DNA of 64,000 nt from Patescibacteria group bacterium (lineage in GTDB: Bacteria > Patescibacteriota > Minisyncoccia > Phycocordibacterales > UBA918), in the NCBI GenBank assembly GCA_040386275.1, contig JAZKFU010000005.1:7378-71377 (forward strand), in the 5' to 3' direction. How positions within the stretch are numbered: the first letter of the stretch is position 1; each line of letters begins with the position of its first letter. The position numbers and the translations under genes are program-made. Below are positions 59,122 through 64,000 of the stretch, in pieces. The notes below the pieces were generated by a model, which searched no databases, had not been told where the DNA came from, and worked only from the letters and a program-made list of their open reading frames with translations.

Positions 59122-59570
59122 AGGCCCAGAGAGGGCGAGCAGGAATCTCCAGAGTTCAGAACTTAAGTCAAAAACTTCAGTCCCGAACCCTGGAGGTTCC
59201 CCTTAAAGAGCACATTAATAATTAAGAGTATTACCTCCAAAAAACTCTAAAGCACATAGAACCCACCCGTGTGAAATCTTCTTACAAGATTAACTAATGT
59301 CAGACGTAAAGGACATCGGTAGATATTTGCAAGCAACATTGACTTCACACAAGTAGTAATCAACAAAAAATAATATGTTGAAACTCTAGAATAGATCTGA
59401 TGGACGGAAGGTAGAACGAATTGAGCAATAAACTTGGTTAGCCAATTAATTTGGCGCCACATAGAGACTCAAGTCTCTCACATAAGTAACGCTCAGAAAA
59501 TAAAGGCCTGAGGGCATCGCAAGCGGATTATCTAACAATCAGCTAACGATTCTCTCAGGCCTTTTTATTT
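59122..59570 (+). ncRNA. Candidate ~450-nt structured ncRNA
   Basis: Promoter upstream, hairpin plus U-tract downstream, no + strand ORF >=60 aa, many stems with GU pairs on the + strand. Confidence 0.45.
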
Positions 59571-59605
59571 TACCCAAAAATAACGCCTACCCTGAACTCT
59601 ATCAA

Positions 59606-59639
59606 AAAACCCCTCAAAGCGTACGCTTTGAGGGGTTTT
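59606..59639 (-). terminator. Terminator of the CCA-enzyme gene
   Basis: AAAACCCCTCAAAGCG-TA-CGCTTTGAGGGGTTTT. Confidence 0.75.
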
Positions 59640-59650
59640 AATGTTTAGGA

Positions 59651-61123
59651 TTATCCAACCTTATGTTCTTTGGCGATTTTTCGTAACGCGGCCGCTTCTT
59701 CCTCGGCTTGTTTCTTCTTGCCTGCTTCCGCTAAGGTGATTAACGCTGCTTCAGTGAGCGCATTAAGCTCTAAAACCCTTGATTCTAAATACTTGGAGGT
59801 GTTTTTCCCCGACTCTACTAACACCTCTTCCATTAAGGTATTCAGTATATATCCCAGCTTTTTCCCCGGTTTTTCCCCCGTTAATTCCATAATCTTTTCG
59901 CCGTTAATCTTGAGCATTTTAACCGAAATGGGGTCTCGCAAGGCTTCATCAACCATGGCTTTGTATTTTCGAAACCGAAATGGCTGTTCTTTTGGTCTGC
60001 CGGTTCCAATCCGGTCGCAAACCCTAAGATTGAGGAGGTTTTCAATGTTATCTTCTCCGATTCGAACGATGGTTCGTCGCACCGCCGCTAGAGTTATTTG
60101 CTCAGGATCGCTAAAAAACATGTGCCAACGAACCAATTTCTCTACGGCTTCAATAGTTTCGCGGGACATTTTGAGCCGCTGTAGTATCTTTTTGGTCATT
60201 CGCGCCCCCACTACTTCATGGCCAAAAAAAGTGTAGTGTTTGTTTTTACCTCCCGTACCACGGGTAGCTGGTTTCCCAATATCATGTAAAAGTGCCGCCA
60301 GACGGAGGTTGGTACCATATTCCTTGTCGGCTGCGGCTTGCAGGGTTCGCAGGGAATGTTCATAGACATCATACGCATGAATACCACCCTGTTCACAGCC
60401 AATTGCGGGTATGAGTTCAGGCAGGATGTATGGTAATAGGTTGAGCTTTTCGAGTAAGGCAATTCCTTGCATTGGCGCTGTCGAGTTAATAAGTTTTACA
60501 AATTCACTACTTACCCGTTCAATTGCAATTTTCTCTAAAAGTGACGATTTAGCTATAATTCCAGCCATAGTCTCGCTCTCAATCATAAAATTAAGTTCCG
60601 CAGCCAGGCGTACCGCGCGCATTAATCGTAACGCATCCTCCCCGAATCGCTCTGAAGGAACGCCGACGGTTTTAATCCTTTTCTTACGGATATCCTCCAC
60701 CCCTTCATATAAATCAACCGTCTCGCTGGTTTTTAAGCGGTACGCAATAGCGTTAATGGTAAAATCTCGTCTCGCTAAATCTTCAGCTAAACTAACCCCA
60801 AACGCCACACTATCGGGTCGCCGTGCGTCACTATAGGAACCCTCGCTCCGGTAGGGGGTGACTTCAACCACTTTAAGTTTAGTATCTTCCGTTTCCTCGT
60901 TTTTAACCCCAACGGTCCCATAGTCATTATTACAAAAACTTTCAGGAAATAGAGCCATTATCTGGTCTGGATGAGCGTTGGTGGTAATATCCCAATCCTT
61001 TGGTACTCTTCCCGTCACTAAATCCCGCACACATCCTCCTACCAAATAGGCTTCGTACCCCGCCGCTTCTAATGTTTCAGAAATAGTTCGGACTTCAAGC
61101 GGTATCGATAGATGGTTAATCAT
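59651..61123 (-). CDS. cca: CCA-adding tRNA nucleotidyltransferase with HD domain
   Basis: LVGGCVRD, D.DITT, DLARRDFTINA, EDALR, LLHDIGKP. Confidence 0.93.
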   Translation of the reverse strand: MINHLSIPLEVRTISETLEAAGYEAYLVGGCVRDLVTGRVPKDWDITTNAHPDQIMALFPESFCNNDYGTVGVKNEETEDTKLKVVEVTPYRSEGSYSDARRPDSVAFGVSLAEDLARRDFTINAIAYRLKTSETVDLYEGVEDIRKKRIKTVGVPSERFGEDALRLMRAVRLAAELNFMIESETMAGIIAKSSLLEKIAIERVSSEFVKLINSTAPMQGIALLEKLNLLPYILPELIPAIGCEQGGIHAYDVYEHSLRTLQAAADKEYGTNLRLAALLHDIGKPATRGTGGKNKHYTFFGHEVVGARMTKKILQRLKMSRETIEAVEKLVRWHMFFSDPEQITLAAVRRTIVRIGEDNIENLLNLRVCDRIGTGRPKEQPFRFRKYKAMVDEALRDPISVKMLKINGEKIMELTGEKPGKKLGYILNTLMEEVLVESGKNTSKYLESRVLELNALTEAALITLAEAGKKKQAEEEAAALRKIAKEHKVG

Positions 61124-61210
61124 TACTCAGTATTGTAGCAGACCAACATTGCTTTTTCTTGTCTAGACGCGTATTATTTCGAAACTGCAGAAAGCAATGA
61201 CTGCCGTATT

Positions 61211-61285
61211 GCACCCGTAGTGAAGTGGATATCATTACTGACTTCGGATCAGTCGTCGGGGGTTCGAGTCCCTCCGGGTGCACCA
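61211..61285 (+). tRNA. tRNA-Arg(TCG)
   Basis: Cloverleaf: GCACCCG/CGGGTGC acceptor, ACTGA-CTTCGGA-TCAGT anticodon arm, TTCGAGT T-loop, encoded CCA. Confidence 0.95.
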
Positions 61286-61289
61286 GTGA

Positions 61290-61330
61290 AAATCAAAACC
61301 ACCCCTTAAAATAAGGGGTGGTTTTGATTT
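61290..61330 (+). terminator. tRNA terminator
   Basis: AAATCAAAACCACCCCTTA-AAA-TAAGGGGTGGTTTTGATTT. Confidence 0.8.
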
Positions 61331-61463
61331 AGTAAACAACTGAGGTTGTTTGCGGCACTGGCGCACCCGGAGGGCGTAGCTTTTCTTTGAAAAGCGTATA
61401 CGCGACTCGAAGAGGTTGCCAGCTATTTTGAAAAAAGAGCACAACCTGTACTGAACTCGTAGA

Positions 61464-61478
61464 GTTCGAGTCCCTCCG
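61464..61478 (+). repeat. Duplicated tRNA T-arm fragment
   Basis: GTTCGAGTCCCTCCG is identical to 61262-61276. Confidence 0.7.
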
Positions 61479-61563
61479 ACCCAACAAACCATCACCTTGC
61501 AAACCACTCAATTTTCTATACTCTATATTTAGAAACGTTAATATAACTCCGAAAGGAATCAAA

Positions 61564-61896
61564 ATGAGCTACCTGTGTGTACGTTGCGGTCGTGAAAGAA
61601 TAGAGCACGATACGAATCTTGTTCTCGAAACCGAGGAAGTACTTGCTGAAATCGGAGCTCGCGACGTGGAAACCGGATTCAAGCTAAGCTTGCTCGATTG
61701 TAGCGACAGTCCACGTCCAAACGAGTATGTTACAAAAATGCATGACGAAGGCTACTTTTTTGGGTACGGTGCTGGCTACGTATCCTCCGACCCCGCGGCA
61801 GAAACGAAACTCTACCGCGAGTCACGACCAATGTTCCCTGGACACACAGTAACCATGTTGCTCCTGGGTGGTCGCGTCATGGATATTGGCCTTTAA
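61564..61896 (+). CDS. Hypothetical protein (N-terminal CxxC)
   Basis: 110-aa ORF followed by a terminator hairpin. Confidence 0.6.
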   Translation: MSYLCVRCGRERIEHDTNLVLETEEVLAEIGARDVETGFKLSLLDCSDSPRPNEYVTKMHDEGYFFGYGAGYVSSDPAAETKLYRESRPMFPGHTVTMLLLGGRVMDIGL

Positions 61897-61959
61897 GTTA
61901 GAAGTATAACCGCCCGGAGTTCCTCTGGGCGGTTTGTTTATATCAAAAAATTTAATCAC

Positions 61960-62526
61960 CTACCTCACCATCTCCTCCATCACCCCAGGATTTTTTGCAT
62001 TACGAGAAATCATTTCCCGACACTCTTCCCCTGCCAAATTACACGCCTTGATTTCCAATCGTCCGTCATCCGTCCATTTCATAACCTCGCCGTATATTTT
62101 TTCTGTAAACATGCCCGTGTCCACGTTGTAGATGTTCACAAAATAATCTTCAAATCCAATTGCTTGCAAGGCTACAAATCTAGCATCGGGCGAAATAAAG
62201 GCTTCTAAATAAGTTTCAATTAATTGAATGTCGGAAACATCTTCCGCGTCGAGTCCTTGAGCAATTACTTTGATGCTGCCGTCAGAAAAAGTAGCTTCTA
62301 CATCGTTATTTACGATAGTTGTTGTTGCAATAAAGAGATTAGACAGGTCGCTTTCAGAAGATTGAGGGTCTGCCATTACTAACTTCCCTACTTCAATTAC
62401 TTTTACAGGTGCCAGTGTGTAGCCAATATACCCCCCGATAAATGGCATAAGTATAAATAGAGTTGCCGCTAAATACTTAGAAAGCGGTGTTACTTGATTG
62501 AGTTGATCAAAATTTTTAATTTCCAT
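61960..62526 (-). CDS. Membrane-anchored hypothetical protein
   Basis: VTPLSKYLA..LFI.MPFIGGYIGY N-terminal anchor, small propeller-like domain. Confidence 0.75.
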   Translation of the reverse strand: MEIKNFDQLNQVTPLSKYLAATLFILMPFIGGYIGYTLAPVKVIEVGKLVMADPQSSESDLSNLFIATTTIVNNDVEATFSDGSIKVIAQGLDAEDVSDIQLIETYLEAFISPDARFVALQAIGFEDYFVNIYNVDTGMFTEKIYGEVMKWTDDGRLEIKACNLAGEECREMISRNAKNPGVMEEMVR

Positions 62527-62606
62527 ATTTAAAATATATCACAGAATACGTTGTTCATATCTTCAAATCGAATAGTCGTACCAGTATATAATATACACAC
62601 TTTGCA

Positions 62607-63281
62607 ATGACAAAAGTTCGCCATTATAAACAAGATGCATACGATCAAGCGCTTGCCTTTCGTCGGCGTGGCTTTACGTATAGTGAAATTGCCAAGATAT
62701 GTAATGTTTCGGTGAGTACGTTAAGTAACTGGCTCGCCGATGAACCCTTTTCCAAGCAAGTAGCGCAAGACAACAATGATAAAGCCATAGCGCAAAACAC
62801 AAAACGATTGGCATTAATTAATAAAGCACGCACTACTGAGCGTAAAGGGCAATATGCTGAAATCACGCGCCTAGCCGAGATTGAATATAAAAACTACCGC
62901 ACCTCCCCACTTTTTATAGCTGGCTTAATGCTCTATATAACTGAAGGTGACGTTACTAACGATCGTCTCATTCGGGTAACTAATCGCCGAACTGAACTCC
63001 ATCGTGTATTCATTCGCTTCCTAACCACCTATTTAGGCGTTCCTAAGGGCTCAATCAGGTTTTGGCTCCTGTTGTATCCTGATCTCGATGAAGTCATGTG
63101 TATGAAGCATTGGTGCAAGAAAACTGGTTTAAGTGCCGGTCAGTTCTATAAAAATCAAGTAATTGAAGGACGAAGCACCAAGCGAACATTGCATTTTGGC
63201 GTTGGTAATACGATTGTGAGTAATACTCTCTTAAAAAAGAAGTTACAACGTTGGACGGAGTTGTTAGCTCGAGATATATAA
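62607..63281 (+). CDS. HTH + LAGLIDADG-like protein (paralog 1)
   Basis: RRRG.TY.EIA..C.VS.STLS.W; LMLY..EGD; FGV..I. Confidence 0.75.
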   Translation: MTKVRHYKQDAYDQALAFRRRGFTYSEIAKICNVSVSTLSNWLADEPFSKQVAQDNNDKAIAQNTKRLALINKARTTERKGQYAEITRLAEIEYKNYRTSPLFIAGLMLYITEGDVTNDRLIRVTNRRTELHRVFIRFLTTYLGVPKGSIRFWLLLYPDLDEVMCMKHWCKKTGLSAGQFYKNQVIEGRSTKRTLHFGVGNTIVSNTLLKKKLQRWTELLARDI

Positions 63282-63313
63282 ATGAACTACGGTACTATGC
63301 TACAATATGAGTA

Positions 63314-63988
63314 ATGCGAACAGATAAGGAATCAGCTTTTACACTTAGAAAGCAAGGGAAAAGCTATAAATATATTCATAAGGAGCTTGGAATGTCCATG
63401 AGCACTCTTTCCAATTGGTTTAAGGGTGTTGATTTTTCAGAGGATGTAAAGCGTGCTGTAACTGCAGAAGCTCTAACAAAAAGTACTCTACGACTTAAGG
63501 TTTTGAATCAAGCTCGTGGCGATTTGCTACGAGCTCATTATTTCCAAGCTGAAGCTGAAGCTCAGCAAGAGTTAAATGAAAATTTAAGTAATCCCCTTTT
63601 TGTTAGTGCAATAGCAGCATATTGGGGTGAAGGAGATAAATCTACTGGAAGTCTTGTCCGTTTAGCAAATACTGATCCGCAAATGATAAAGCTGTTTGCG
63701 AATTTCCTTTTAAATATATGTGAGGTGCCAAGAGATAAAATACGTTTAGCACTATATCTTTATGAAGATCTAAATGATATTGAATGTAGAAAATATTGGA
63801 CTGATAATACAAATCTGGATCACTTTCATAAGACGATGGTGTTGCCAAGTCGTCATAAAACAAAAAAATTGCCTTACGGAACCTGCACAATACTCGTTGC
63901 TAATACATACCTTAAAAAGAAACTACTGTTTTGGATTGACCAGATGCCCAAAATAGTATTAAATATGATGCCTGACGAGAAAAAATAA
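63314..63988 (+). CDS. HTH + LAGLIDADG-like protein (paralog 2)
   Basis: LRKQGKSY..I...L.MS.STLSNW; YWGEGDK; NTDP.MI..F; PYGTC. Confidence 0.78.
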   Translation: MRTDKESAFTLRKQGKSYKYIHKELGMSMSTLSNWFKGVDFSEDVKRAVTAEALTKSTLRLKVLNQARGDLLRAHYFQAEAEAQQELNENLSNPLFVSAIAAYWGEGDKSTGSLVRLANTDPQMIKLFANFLLNICEVPRDKIRLALYLYEDLNDIECRKYWTDNTNLDHFHKTMVLPSRHKTKKLPYGTCTILVANTYLKKKLLFWIDQMPKIVLNMMPDEKK

Positions 63989-64000
63989 TTTTTGCGGCCA

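Noticed and set aside
59122-59570. tmRNA, RNase P RNA or SRP RNA identity for the structured region
   Set aside because: No tRNA-like acceptor/T-arm ends, no GAGGAAAGUCC motif, no SRP loop motif, and no tag frame ending in Ala-Ala.
1124-63956. Numerous antisense or shadow ORFs in the ORF track (e.g. 1124-1609, 2050-2562, 43326-43868, 59670-60236)
   Set aside because: They lie opposite well-supported genes and have no motifs of their own.

Overview
Chromosomal window from a small-genome Patescibacteria (CPR; Parcubacteria/Kaiserbacteria-like) bacterium. This assignment is inferred from gene content and style. The window spans the replication origin (dnaN-dnaA-rpmH-rnpA-yidC) and housekeeping genes (ruvB, yebC, ruvC, tyrS, PBP1A, rsmA, pcrA, pnp, rpsO, cspA, xth, CCA enzyme, tRNA-Arg(TCG)). 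It also holds a 12.7-kb T4SS-like operon (VirB2-like pilin, VirB4, PrgI, VirB6-like). A 12.36-kb element splits comM exactly at the codon for Met in GVLF-M-DEFPEF. That element carries a large serine recombinase, a catalytically dead resolvase-domain partner, an AAA_25 helicase, a C4-like RNA and defence-type cargo (Sau3AI-like RM, MORC/GHKL ATPase, HEPN-like). It also contains a third, internal att-like site that delimits a 3-kb cargo module. Outside the element, at least 8 intergenic ~115-128 bp hairpins share ERIC-like core motifs while their stems vary. A ~450-nt promoter-to-terminator, ORF-free and densely structured region (59122-59570) is a candidate undescribed ncRNA. All calls come from reading the sequence; no database searches or folding computations were run.
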